Of a DNA stretch of 64,000 bases, positions 40,140-53,414 are shown in pieces. The translations under genes were made by a program, and so were the position numbers. Position 1 is the first letter of the stretch; each line of letters starts with the position of its first letter. Source of the stretch: Octopus vulgaris. Its lineage: Eukaryota. The stretch lies in NCBI GenBank assembly GCA_951406725.2, contig OX597814.1:6510001-6574000 (forward strand). Reading direction: 5' to 3'. Below the pieces are notes generated by a model. That model did no database searches. It was not told where the DNA came from and saw only the letters and a program-made list of their open reading frames with translations.

Positions 40140-43100
40140 TTCACAGTCTTTCACGTGCTTAAGGCCCTCTTTACTGTCTCCCCTAAGAGACAAACTTTCT
40201 GTAGGAGCTCCACCAGGCCTTCTATTTCAATCTCCTCCAGCCATTTACCTATATCTTGGCTTACTGTTTCCCAATACACCAATTATTACAAGCGCAACCT
40301 TTACAGTTTTCCAATTTCTTCCTATTTTAAGGGATTCTATTTTCTTTGTTTTTCTTCCTCTTTCTTTACGATCCTGGAATCAAATGGGCATGGTGGGTCA
40401 ATAAGTAAGCGACTTCGCTTTTCCTTATCTACAAATATTATATCTGGTCTATTATTTTCTAATTTCTTGTCCATTTGAATACGAAAATCCCACAAAATCT
40501 TGCATTTCTCCGACCCCAGTATTCTTTCAACTCAATGATTGTACCATGTGTTTCCAACTTCAAATCCCCATTTCTGGCACAGTTTCCAATGTAAAACTTT
40601 CACAACCTGGTCGTGCCTCCATTTCTTATATTCTTCCTGTACCAACTTGGAGCATTCTGTCACAATGTGTGCCACTGACTCATTCCAAGTTCCACAAACT
40701 CTACATTTTTCTGACACATTCTCTCCATATATATTTTCTTCTCATGTTGTTTGTTTTTATTGCTTGATCTTGGGCTGCTACAATTAGGCTCTCTGTTTCT
40801 TTTTTTTTTTAATTGCTCTTTTGTTAACCAAGCCCAGGATTTTATCCCACCTACATCTTCAGTGGCTCTCCAAAATGGACCATGCACAGGTTTCTCTCCC
40901 ATGTCTGACATGCTTTCTTTCTATTTCGTTCTTGTCTTTTTCTCCTATTACACGCTTCATCATCTATTCTCTCTAAACTGTGCTGTTCTGAAAATACTCT
41001 ACTAGACTTTTTCTTTCCATCTGTATACATTCTTCTACTTTTATTAAGCCTCTTCCACCCTGATCTCCCCTCAAGTACAGCTTTCAAATGGTGGGCTCCA
41101 TACATCATCAATGACTTCCTAGTTTTTCTGTCAAGTTTCTTTACATCATTTCTGGTCCAGTCTATAGTTCCAACTCCATATGTGATTAAGAGTACTGCTC
41201 TTGAATTTATTGCTTCAATAAGATTTTTGGAATTCAGCTTTGACTGCAATAATTTCCTGATATTCCTTGTCTACTCTCTACTGGTAATTCGCTTTATTTC
41301 TTCATTTTTTTAATCTCCTCTGCTTCCAGTATTCCCAAGAACTTACACCACTATCCTTTCTCAACCACTCTAATTTTTGCCCATTTGCCATTTCAATCCT
41401 CTGGCTTCTTTCAAATCTTCTTTCAAATCTTTCATTCCTACATCATTTGAGAAAATGCAAATAGTATGTCCAAGACTTTCAAGCTGTTTTTCATTTTTCG
41501 CATAAACCTTTATATCATCCATGAAAAGGAGATGATTTATCTGACCATTTCCTTTTCCCAAATCATAAGCAATTTTTAACTTTTCATAGTATCATAGTGA
41601 GCGGTGTTATGGCCAATACAAATAGTAATGGAAATAAGCTATCATCTTGAAATATTCCTCATCTGATATTCATTTTTTGGAGGTTTTGTTTTCCTCCTAT
41701 CAATTCAGTATTCCAAAATTTTATATGTTCATTAAGCATTTTTTCCATGTTTTTTGCTATTCCAAACATGTTCATTGTTTCACTTATCTAATTATGTGGT
41801 TCCGTGTCCTGCATTTTTGTAATCTAACCATGTTACATTCAATTCCGTCAATCTTTTGTTGCCCTGCATTATTTCCTGCATCATTTCTGTTCTTCTGGAA
41901 GTAGATTCTTACTTTCCAGATGGTTGTATAACTCTTCCATTGAGACACCGGTCAGAAGCTTCCACATTAATGGTAGACATGTTACAGGTTGAAAATTTGA
42001 TGCCAAGTTCCCTTTCAAGAAATCCTTGAGGCATAGTAACACTTGTCATCCAGTCAGGGATGTGACTTTGCTGCCGGCAGTCATCCAGTTACACAGCGAT
42101 CCTTTCATGCAACTCTGTAAAGTTCTTCAGCCAACAGCCTCGTACCCCATCCAAACCTGGTCCTTTCCAATTTGCTATTTTTTCAAACTTCTGTCTCACT
42201 GTTTTATAGATTAATTCTGACGTCCTTTTGTCTTGGTGCAGTTGCAAGTTGCCTTTCTACCTTTGTTAGTCACTCCACACTTTCTTTATGTCCCACCGAT
42301 CTGTTCCACAGCCTTCTTCAAAATTCTTTACCTTCTTGCACATCTGGTACCAGCTCCAGGTGTTGGTCTCCCTCTCTTTCCTCGAATAAACACCTTTTAT
42401 TTGATTGGAACACTCTATTCTGTTTGAAACCTTTGCATCTTGCATCATATGTTTTCAATTCAGCCCTTAATGCTGTCCCCTTTCGTGTCAATTCCTTACA
42501 TACTCTTTGTTTTCCTTTCTTCTAACCTCTACTGTTCATTCAATTTCCTGATTACTACCTTACATCTTCAGTTCTCCTCTCATTATTCTATTTAATTGTC
42601 CCACTTCTTTCCATGTCTTCTCCAGCTTCATTCTTATTCTCTTCTTCCAGTTTGCTTCTTTCTCTTTTCATTTGCTTTTATATCTTCAGTTTTTCGCTTG
42701 TACCCTACTATGTTAGCAGCACCTATGATTACCTGCTTTCTTTCACTGATGTCTTTTTTGGGGTTCTAATCAAGCTTAAAACGTCTTTTACTTTGCCTCT
42801 GGCTTTCCTCACTTGTTTTCTGTCCACATATCTTTCATTCCACGATACTTCATTGTTTCCATCAGACATTTTACCTTGCAACATTTCTAAAATCTCCTTC
42901 TCTTCACCATTCGAGTCTTGTGCACTACTTACTGTCACTTGTCCCTCTTGATCATCTTTATTAGTTGATTTAATTAATTATTCTCTGGCACTCTGCTGTT
43001 TCCATCTGTTTCATATTCTTCGTCTCTTACCCCTTCATTACCGCTTTCTGCTTCTGCTCTTTTTTTATTGTTTCTCTGAATTTCTTCCATCTCTCCTCCC

Positions 43101-43835
43101 ATAATCCAGTCATTCCTATGGATTGCCCTTGCTGGGCGAATGCTTCAAAACCTCCTTTTTCATCCCATATTCTCTTCCTTCGATTCATAAAGCCTCTTTT
43201 ATTTGGTTCACTGCTCAGCCAAAATTCTATTACTATTTTATTTTCTTCTCATTTCATTCATTTCCTTTTGCACTTTGGACTACAATTTTGCTTCTGATCA
43301 ATAGCTTGATGACGAACTGCCGGAGCCTCATCAGATGTTCCCTGCCTGTCGTGCTCAACACCTTCACTGCTAACATTTCTGGTCCTGTTAGCACAGTTGT
43401 GGTTATTATTTAATTTTGACATCACTCATTTAGAGGTAGCATTTGTAAGGTTGTGCAATTGTCAGTGTTTTTGTGACAACCCTACCAGGTGGGTCGCTCT
43501 GAGAGTCCACACCTACCCTCATCTACACTGTTTTTAATGCCAGTCTCATTCAATCCATTGTTTTATATTTTTGCATTTGACATTTTCATTCCTGAGAATT
43601 TTATTATTGAGTGGCACAACCATCGGTGTTTTCATGGAGACCCCTTTTTTTAGAGGGGTTGCCGACCAAGGATAAAGTGACCCCACCAGACGCCAACCTG
43701 GTATTTCTAAGTTTTGGGGTGGGCTTACAGCTACTGCATTTTACCCCAACAGTCACCTGAAGGTAGTTGTGTTCTTCCCATGTTGTGACCCCTTAACTGG
43801 ATGCAGTCTGATGCCCTACGCCCGGCGTTGTTATC
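40140..43835 (-). mobile_element. Near full-length but decayed R4/Dong-like non-LTR retrotransposon
   Basis: HLLFMDDIKVY (RT), NLIEAINSRAV...IDWT..LDRKTRK, CRVC...AHIVTEC...RHDQV (CCHC plus RHD), KILWDF, and a GC-richer 5' leader at 43640-43835. Many stops and frameshifts. Confidence 0.87.
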
Positions 43836-43911
43836 CTTAGTATTATTACCCTTTGCTTGTATTGTTGGTGGTGGTGGTGGTGGTAGTAGCACTGTTGCAA
43901 GCTATTGTTCG

Positions 43912-45363
43912 CTTTGACTCTTACCATTTCTCTTTGACTCTTACCATTTCTCTTTGACACTTACCATTTCTCTTTGACTCTTACCATTTCTCTTTGACAC
44001 TTACCATTTCTCTTTGACTCTTACCATTTCTCTTTGACACTTACCATTTCTCTTTGACTCTTACCGTTTCTCTTTGACTCTTACCGTTTCTCTTTGACTC
44101 TTACCATTTCTCTTTGACACTTACCATTTCTCTTTGACTCTTACCGTTTCTCTTTGACACTTACCATTTCTCTTTGACTCTTACCATTTCTCTTTGACTC
44201 TTACCATTTCTCTTTGACTCTTACCATTTCTCTTTGACTCTTACCATTTCCCTTTGACTCTTACCATTTCCCTTTGACTCTTACCATTTCCCTTTGACTC
44301 TTACCATTTCCCTTTGACTCTTACCATTTCCCTTTGACTCTTACCATTTCTCTTTGACTCTTACCATTTCTCTTTGACTCTTACCACTTCTCTTTGACTC
44401 TTACCATTTCTCTTTGACTCTTACCATTTCTCTTTGACTCTTACCATTTCTCTTTGACTCTTACCATTTCCCTTTGACTCTTACCACTTCTCTTTGACTC
44501 TTACCACTTCTCTTTGACTCTTACCACTTCTCTTTGACTCTTACCACTTCTCTTTGACTCTTACCATTTCTCTTTGACTCTTACCACTTCTCTTTGACTC
44601 TTACCATTTCTCTTTGACTCTTACCATTTCTCTTTGACACTTACCATTTCTCTTTGACTCTTACCATTTCTCTTTGACACTTACCATTTCTCTTTGACAC
44701 TTACCATTTCTCTTTGACACTTACCATTTCTCTTTGACACTTACCATTTCTCTTTGACTCTTACCGTTTCTCTTTGACTCTTACCGTTTCTCTTTGACTC
44801 TTACCGTTTCTCTTTGACTCTTACCACTTCTCTTTGACTCTTACCATTTCTCTTTGACTCTTACCATTTCTCTTTGACTCTTACCATTTCTCTTTGACAC
44901 TTACCATTTCTCTTTGACTCTTACCATTTCCCTTTGACTCTTACCATTTCCCTTTGACTCTTACCATTTCCCTTTGACTCTTACCATTTCCCTTTGACTC
45001 TTACCATTTCCCTTTGACTCTTACCATTTCCCTTTGACTCTTACCATTTCCCTTTGACTCTTACCATTTCTCTTTGACTCTTACCATTTCTCTGACTCTT
45101 ACCACTTCTCTTTGACTCTTACCATTTCCCTTTGACTCTTACTATTTCCCTTTGACTCTTACCATTTCCCTTTGACTCTTACCACTTCTCTTTGACTCTT
45201 ACCACTTCTCTTTGACTCTTACCACTTCTCTTTGACTCTTACCATTTCTCTTCGACTCTTACCACTTCTCTTTGACTCTTACCATTTCTCTTTGACTCTT
45301 ACCATTTCTCTTTGACTCTTACCATTTCTCTTTGACTCTTACCATTTCTCTTTGACTCTTACC
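43912..45363. repeat. 20-bp minisatellite (ctttgactcttaccatttct)n, about 72 homogeneous units
   Basis: Directly visible. Single-base variants occur in runs; there is one 2-bp deletion near 45093. Confidence 0.98.
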
Positions 45364-46116
45364 GTTGCTGGGGCTTTCTGGCTTTCGTTGCTTTTCTCTC
45401 TCTGATCGTTTCTCTTGCTTTTGTGTTTGTTTTCCTTCTTGTAGTTGACTGTGTTGGTGGCATGGCTTTTGACATAATGTACTTGGGGTACTTTCGAAGG
45501 CCTTCCAGAATGAAGTGCTAACGTTCATCTTCCTCGACATGCTGTTCCTGCCTATTTGAGGAAGATATTCTGTGGAGTGGGGGCTGATGGATGGATTTTT
45601 GGTTTAGTCTATGTTTGGAACGAGAAGGGTTAACGGGGTTAGATTAGCCATATATGTGCACTGGATCGTTATTCTCATGGCCATTCAGACTGCTTGGTTC
45701 ATTTTCAAATAGCTGTCTGGTTGGTCAAGAGGAAGCTGCTTGGTGGTGGATAGGGGCTGGTTGTTTGGTGTCTAGCGTATGGATGTGGGAGGACAGAGAC
45801 AAGTTTCTGTTGGGAAATTAAATTTGAGGACAGGAAAATTAAATTCAAATCTAAATTTAAGACACAGGATACAGGTTTTGAAGAGACATATCCTATATAT
45901 TTATACAAATATTTGTGTATTATGATGTTAAGATCATAACTTACAATTTTTTCTCTGGAATGTCCTGGAATGTAAATAAACACCCTACTTATTTTTGAGT
46001 AGCAACTGAACTACATGTTTGCAGAAAATGAGTGGGAAAGAGGGAGTGTGAGGGATGTATAGGGAGGGTGCAATTGAGATTATTCCTCGTGGGGTAAAGT
46101 TTCTTTCAAGAAATTA

Positions 46117-48843
46117 TCAGGTCATTTAGAATGAAATGTTCACTTTTGAACTGTAAGTTTATCTTACTTTATCTCAAAAAATGCAATGCAGCTAATCAAA
46201 GTATGCACCTAAATTATCAACACAATTTTGCCATTTTATTGGTAGCTTATTTATGCTGGCATCAAAGAATTCTGGAGAGCAAGAGGTGATGAAATCACAA
46301 AAGGCTGTTTTTACATCTTCTTCAGATTTTAAGTTTTTTCCAATGCAAAAAAGTTGTCTAATGCCTGGAAAATGTGATAGTCAGTTGGTGCAAGGTCTGG
46401 TGAATATGGTGGATGACAGAGTACTTCCAAGTTCCATTCCTGTAACTTGAGTAGTGTTCTTTGTGCAACATGTGGTCAAGTATTTTCTGGCAAGAGAATT
46501 GGCCTGTCTCTTTTGTCCAATCTCAGTTGTTTAAGTGCAAGTTCACCCATCATTTCATCCAGTTGGTTGATGTATACATCATCATCATCGTTTAACATCT
46601 GCTTTCCATGCTAGCATGGGTTGGATGATTTGACTGAAGTCTGGCGAACCAGATGGCTGCACCAGGCTCCAAACTGATCTGGCAGAGTTTCTACAGCCAA
46701 CCACTCCGAGAGTGTAGTGGGTGCTTTTATATGCTACCGGCATGAGGGCCAGTCAGTCGGTACTCGCAACGGCCATGCTCAAATGGTGTTTTTTACGTGC
46801 CACCTGCACAGGAGCCAGTCCAGCGGCACTGGCAACGACCTCTCTTGAATGTTTGTTCACGTGCCATGAGCACAAGTACCAGTAAGGTGATGTAGGTAAC
46901 AATCATGCTCAAATGGTGCTTTTTGCATGCCACCGGCACAGAAGCCAGTTTGTTGCTCTGGCAACGATTGCACTCGGATAGTGCTCTTAATGCTTCACTA
47001 GCACAGATGCCAGTCATCAAATTTGATTTCAATTTCACTTGCCTCAACAGGTCTTTGCAAACAGAGTTGAGTGTCCAATGAAGGTAAGGTACACATAAAT
47101 GGACTGGTTACACACCTGGCATAGACCACAAGGTTATGGTCTCATTTGGCTTGCCAAGTCTTCTCAAGCACAGCATATTTCCAAAGGTCCAGGTCACTAG
47201 TCATTGCCTCGGTGAAGCCCAATGTTTGAAGGTCATGCTTCACCACCTCATCCCGGGTCTTCTTGAGTCTACCTCTTCTACAGGTTCCCTCAACCGCTAG
47301 GGTGTGGCACTTTTTCTCACAGCTATCCACATCTATTCTCGCGACATGGCCATACCAACGCAAACGTCTCTCTTGCACACCACGTCTGATGCTTCTTAGG
47401 TCCAACATTTCTCTCAAGGCACTAACACTCTGTAGAGTGTCAAGTATGCACACTGACATTACACATGTCCTCAGCAATCACAGCCCATGTTTCACTGCCA
47501 TGTAGCATGGCTCTTCATACACATGTCATACAGTCTACCTTTTACTCTGAGCGAGAGGCCTTTTGTCACCAGTAGAGGTAAGAGCTCTCTGAACTTTGCC
47601 CAGGCTATTCTTACTCTAGCAGTTACACTTTCAGCACACCCACCCCCGCTACTGACTTGGTCACCTCGGTAACGGAAGCTATCAACTACTTCTAGTTTTT
47701 CTCCTTGGAATGTGGCGGAAGTTGTTCTCTGCACAATTTCAATGTTATTTATAGCTCCTGAACATCTGCCACATACAAAAACTATCCTCCCAGTTAGCCT
47801 TCCTTTGATATTGCTGCACCTCTTATGTGTCCATAGCTTACACTTTGTACATCTTATAGAGTTTCTACCTACGCCTTTTCTACAGATTGAGCAGGGCCTT
47901 CTACCTGAAGGGATTTGTGGTTTGCCTGCCTTCCTACTTATTAGGACTTTGGTTTTAACTAGGTTGACTCTAATCCTTGTTTCCACACTGGAAACTTCTC
48001 CTCTAGTTCTGATAGTGACTCATGCATCTGCTGTAATTGACTTATTAGGCCCCATGAAGCTGTAGTGGATGACACCCGTGCTGGACCACCAAACAGACAC
48101 CATTAGCATCTTTTTGGTGAATATTCTTTTTTGGATTGTGTTTTGGCACTTCGTTTCTATCCAACCTTTGTGCAAAACACTTGCTGTTGTTGAAAAGAAT
48201 CCAGTTTTTCATGACATGTAACAATACAATGCAAAAGTGGTTTGTTTTTATGCCAGGACAGCAAAGAACAGCAAGTTTCAAGATGACGTGTCATTAGATG
48301 CTTGTTCACTTCATGTGTTACCCACTTGTCCAGCTCCTTTACCTTGTTGATTTGTTTCAGATGGTCCAATAGAGCTGGAATCGAAACATGAAACATTGCT
48401 GCTAACTCACGCATAGTTTGAGATGTATCCACTTCCCCTACAGTTTTCAGCCCATCTTGGTCTTAGGTCTACCATGGGGCTGATTTTCAAGAGTAAAGTC
48501 ACCAGACCAGAACTCCTCAAACCATCAACATACAGTGTGCTCATTCGTCACATTTTCACCAAACACCTCATTGATCTTTCGAGCTGTCTGGGATGCATTA
48601 GTTCTACGATGGAACTCATATTCATAAACAACACAAAATTTTTTATCTAGCCATGGCTTCACGAAAATTGATTTACGAGAGAAAATTCACAATATAACCA
48701 GACACCGTGAATTGCATTTTGAAAAATGATGATTTAACTTTTCAATGTTGTAAAACAAAGAATTGTCAGGATAAAACATTAGAGTTAGCTACTGTCAAAC
48801 TTGGTGCTTAAGAAAATCAGAGATTTCATTCTTAATGACTTGA
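46117..48843 (-). mobile_element. Mariner element with both TIRs, interrupted by an RTE LINE
   Basis: TA|tcaggtcatttagaatgaaat ... atttcattcttaatgacttga|TA. KWVTHEV and IVTCHEK in ORF 48157-48432; HPPYSPDLAP at about 46385-46415. About 1.3 kb remains after removing the insert. Confidence 0.9.
46578..47985 (-). mobile_element. 5'-truncated RTE LINE (ORF2 C-terminus with PHD finger, 3' UTR, (GAT)n tail)
   Basis: VNLVKTKVL-[C4HC3]-LEVVDSFRY.G...AWAKFRELLPLL...RRLRWYGHV...RGR.KKT.DEVV..DL, then the 3' UTR shared with the many short copies. Confidence 0.9.
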
Positions 48844-49167
48844 TAATCAAATTCAAGAATGGGAAAATTAAATTCGAACCTAAATTTAAGACAGGATAAA
48901 AGTTTTGGAGACATATCCTATATATTTATACATATATCCATGTATTATGATGTTAAGATCATAGCTTAATTTTTTTTTTTTCTGGATCCCCTGGAATGTA
49001 AATAAACACCCTGCTGCTGCGGTTGTTGTTGTTGTAAAGGTTGCAAGCTGGTAGAATCACTAGCAAATTGAACAAAATGCTATAGTTATAATAATAATAA
49101 TAATGATGATGATAATAATATAGAAAAATACCTTAGGGATGAGAACCCAGGTTTTAAATTTCCCCAG

Positions 49168-49213
49168 GATACCTGAAGAAGGCTGGAGGGTGTATCAGCT
49201 GAAACGCTGTGTT
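49168..49213 (+). ncRNA. Degenerate minimal hammerhead-like motif (U16.1C)
   Basis: gauac CUGAAGA a ggcug gaggguguau cagcu GAAACGC U guguu. Stem I gauac/guguu pairs with wobbles. Confidence 0.5.
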
Positions 49214-49766
49214 AACAACAAACAAGATGAGGACAAATATCCATCAAATCTAAATAATATACATAATTCCTCATCTCTTAAATATAGAAGTGAATTTTCT
49301 ATACATGTTTTGTTTAATGAACAATTCTCTTAGCTTTCACTTCCACTCAATATTTTCTTGTTAAACTAATCATTATTTCAGACTTTCATGACAAAACTCA
49401 TCTTTCTCTTCTCATTTCTTTAAAATTTTCTTTCAATTCCAAAATTTTGGTTGATAAACAAAAGGAAATTAATTTTCCAATGGAGTGGCAAATTGTATCA
49501 ATAAATATAAATTCTCTGGTAATATTTGTAATAAATTTACAATGAATCTAACATTTAACACAAGAACTGTTGTCTTTCATGTGGAAAGCATCTCTCAATC
49601 GTGTCTTCTCTCGGCAATTCATATTTGCAGTAAAAACATCGTTAATAAAGAAAGCACAATCCAATTAAGCCAATCTGTCAAAATGTGGAAACTTTTTCTC
49701 AGAAATGATATCGGCTTAAATTTTGGTTATAATTGCAGTGACAATCACAATCTTTCAATAAGGAAA

Positions 49767-50515
49767 TCATCATCATCAGCAGCAGCAGCAGCATCGATTA
49801 ACGTCCGTTTTCCATGCTGGCATGGGTTGGATGGTTTGACTGAAGTCTGGAGAGCCAGCAGCTGCACCAGGCTCCAGTCTGGCCTGGCAGAGTTTCTACA
49901 GTTGGATGCCCTTCCTAATGCCGACTACTCCGAGAGTGTAGTGGGTACTATTTACGTTCCACCAGCACAGGAGCCAGTCAGGGGCTACTGGCACCAGCCA
50001 CATTCAGATGGTGCTTTTTCCATGCCATCAGCCAGGGCTGGATGTGCATGGCTGCAATCTCACTTTAGTTGCCGAGTCTTCTCAATCACAGCGTATCTCC
50101 AAAGGTCCCAGCCTCCAGTCATTGCCTCTGTGAAGCCCAATGTTCGAAGGTCATGATTCACCACTTCATCCCATATCTTCCTGGGTCTACTTCTTCCACA
50201 GGTTCCCTCAACCACTAGGGTGTGACACTTTTTCACACAGCTGTCCTCATCCATTCATACCACATGGCCAGACCAGCGCAGTCATCTCTCTTGCTCACCA
50301 CATCTCATGCTTCATATGTCCAACTTTTCTCTCAGTGCACTTACACTCTGTCGTGTATACACACTGTCATTACACATCCAGCAGATCATACTGGCTTCAT
50401 TTCTTTCAACCCTACACATGTCCCCAGCATTCATGGCCCATGTTTCACTGCCATGTAGCATGGCAGTTCGCACACATGCATCATACAGTCTACTTTTCAC
50501 CCTGAGCGAGAGGGT
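49767..50515 (-). mobile_element. 5'-truncated RTE LINE copy
   Basis: LSLRVKSRLYDACVRTAMLHGSETW; DEDSCVKKC...RPRKIWDEVV; shared 3' UTR. Confidence 0.87.
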
Positions 50516-50983
50516 GAAATGAAAATGCACCAAATTTAAATTGCTTTAATACCATAAAAAGACTGACAGATTGTAATTTTCTTCTGATTCTTTGAAAGAG
50601 GATTCCCGTATCGAAAACAGAGAACAAAGTAAATTCTTTCAGGGATGTCCATGTTTTCTTTAGCTTGACATCTGTGTTTTATTTGTTTTGATCGATGGAA
50701 TGACCTGCTGGTGGTTGACCAATCCATAGGTGCTTGTATACTTAATCCTCAGGGAGACTCAGCATGGCACTGGACCACAAAGCTAGACCTTCAACAGATT
50801 CTGTCATAATGAAGTGGTTGGGTCAAGTCCATACTAGAGGATAATGTGTTCTTTCATTGAAGCAAACCTTGTCCCTCTACCCTCATTTATGAACCTATAA
50901 CTTCCTCCAACAGCCATCAACTCACCATCTAAGTCATTCTTACCATATAGCCAAGCTGTGATAGTATCTTTTATATCTATATA

Positions 50984-51246
50984 TCACGTGATCACGTGAC
51001 CGACCAGACCATCAGATGTTGTTACACATCGCTGGTCACAATGCGTTCGCATTGTTTTTAGCCTTCGAATGACGCCACCCCGCTGGCTAAGAAGAAAGAG
51101 TGAGAGAAAGAGTGGTGAATGAGTACAGCAGGGATCACCACCCCTGCCAGAGCCACATGGAGCTTTAGGTGTTTTCGCTCAATAAACACTCACAATCTTA
51201 CAACCGCGAGTCCGTTGCCCTAACCACTGGGCCATTGCGCCTCCAC
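50984..51246 (-). mobile_element. tRNA SINE family C, internally deleted
   Basis: Head gtggaggcgcaatggcccagtggttagggc on the minus strand matches 1-418. Confidence 0.75.
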
Positions 51247-51273
51247 ATATCTATATGTATATATATATATATG

Positions 51274-51305
<32 letters not shown>

Positions 51306-51434
51306 ATATGTGATAATTAGTTGGTTGTCATAATAAAACTAATTGTCACATATTATATTTATAGATAAATTCCTCTATTTACATAATATCGATATCTCAT
51401 TCATTCTTTTGTTGTCATATTATTATTATTATTA

Positions 51435-51476
<42 letters not shown>

Positions 51477-51490
51477 TATTATTATTATTA

Positions 51491-51532
<42 letters not shown>

Positions 51533-52769
51533 GCCTTGCAGAGTTTGTAAATAGTGTAGTGGATAGGGTTGATGGAGATGATGTCACTAAAGTGATGTTA
51601 CTGGGCTTTTAGAATTGTGGTATTTGAAATGAAAATTATTTGGAAATCTCACAAACAATTTTAAGGGTTTACAGAGCATCTTAGGTAAAATATTGTGGAG
51701 ATTTTTATTAGTTTTTGAAAGGAATGAAGAGGGTCTAGAAGGATCAAAGTGATTGCCATACTGGAGCATGGAAACTATGAGTTATGAATGAAGCCTCTGT
51801 TACAACCAGTTATATAATGGGGTTTATAATGGAACTAGGATATTTATAATATTAACCAGTTATATAATGGGATTTTTTTTCTGAGTTCAAATTCCACTGA
51901 AGTCAACATTGTCTTTCATCCTTTTGATATTGATAAAATAAGTACCAGCTGTGTACTGGGGGTTAATGTAATTGACTTACCCTTACCCTGAAATTGCTGA
52001 CCTCAGGCCAAAATATGAAACCACTTTAAGGGTTATCTTCTGTGCTATTTCATACATTCACTGCTAGATTCCACTATATTCTTACCTTTTATCAAGGTGT
52101 AGGTTGAAGTCAAAGAGGGAGACCTCTCAGTGGTTGCTTGACCTGCTAGAAATATCAATCAAATCTTCTTCAAATCACAGTCTACAACTGTTAAAGGCAA
52201 AATACAATGGCTAATAATGTAGTGTTACATTATTAACAAGTTGTTTGTAATACTGGACAGTCATGGTTGGAATGCCTTTGATTATCAGTCAGTCTGATCA
52301 GAGGTATTAAACAGCCACCAGCATGATCTTGTTACCATTCCTTCTCTCTATCTGTTTCATCCATTCTTCATTTCCACAAAAATTCTTATAACTTCCATTT
52401 CAATTCTTTTGTTTGGTTTTGCTAAAACTGAACTGCAAAAAAGAAAAACCCCTGAAGACTTGGTCCATATCTTCTCTTCATTAATTAATAATATTCATTA
52501 TATCAGCTGCTTGCTAGCATCCATAGTGGTGGCCACTGTTCTGGATTAAAGTAAATGCTGTAAATTAAAACCTCTCCCTTAATCTCAAAGATAAGTTTGG
52601 AGATTTTCTAAGAATTATATTTTCTGTTGAAGTCTGACACCACTTCATTTGATAGCAAAATGATAACTGTTCAAAGAAAATATGTTAAATGAATAAATAT
52701 ATTTCTTAAACGTTTTACATTATGTGATGTGTGTGGGTGTAGAGGGAGATGCACACGTTTATAAACATA

Positions 52770-53410
52770 CTAGCAGCATAGCCCGGCGTTGCCCGGTTAG
52801 TTTGACATTTAATGTAAACTTGATGTCCAACATCGGTGTAGGGAAAATCTATGTGAACTTTCAAAAAATATCGCAGAAAAATCGGTTTGATATGTGTGCC
52901 ACATATGATGTAATTAACCGATTTTTTCCAGTAATAACGTATCCTATTGGAATCAAAAGGGCCATATAGCTCCTTGGAGCAGACATGATGCTCGCTGTGA
53001 ATTTCAAAAAAAATTCCTGCCAATTTGTTAAAGATATTGTCGAAAATATGTCATCTTGAATTTGAACGCGATTTCACAAAATGGCATGATTTTATCGATT
53101 TTTTCTGATGGTAAGGTATTGCATGGGAAACTAACGTCAGAATTAAGTTCCTTAGGGTAACATTAAGCTTCACCATGAGTTTGGTGAAAATCGATTGCAA
53201 GTTGCGAAAACTACAGTGGAAAATGTGTTGCATATGATAAGCTTAGATTCTCGACCCCATGTCGAATTTATCGATTTTTTTCAGAACTGGGGGAACTTTT
53301 CAAAATTTTCACTGTGTTAGTTTTGAATCTGAAAGCCGTGGTCAGAGTGAGGGTACAACCTGACAGACACACAGGCAGACAAACTGCCTTTTATATATAG
53401 AGAGAAGAGA
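52770..53410 (-). mobile_element. Non-autonomous Helitron-like element (~640 bp)
   Basis: The minus strand starts a|TCtcttctctctatatataaaa, has a (tgtc)-like microsatellite near the 5' end, and ends with the GC hairpin ccgggcaacgccggg about 7 nt before CTAG|t. No TSD. Confidence 0.75.
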
Positions 53411-53414
53411 TATA

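Noticed and set aside
43640-43835. HDV-like or twister ribozyme at the 5' end of the R4-like element
   Set aside because: The region is GC-richer and hairpin-prone, and such ribozymes occur in some non-LTR 5' ends, but I could not fit a complete P1-P4 or twister topology by eye. An Infernal search would settle it.
49485-50156. 223-aa ORF, the longest in the track
   Set aside because: Chance read-through from AT-rich DNA into the antisense strand of an RTE 3' UTR.
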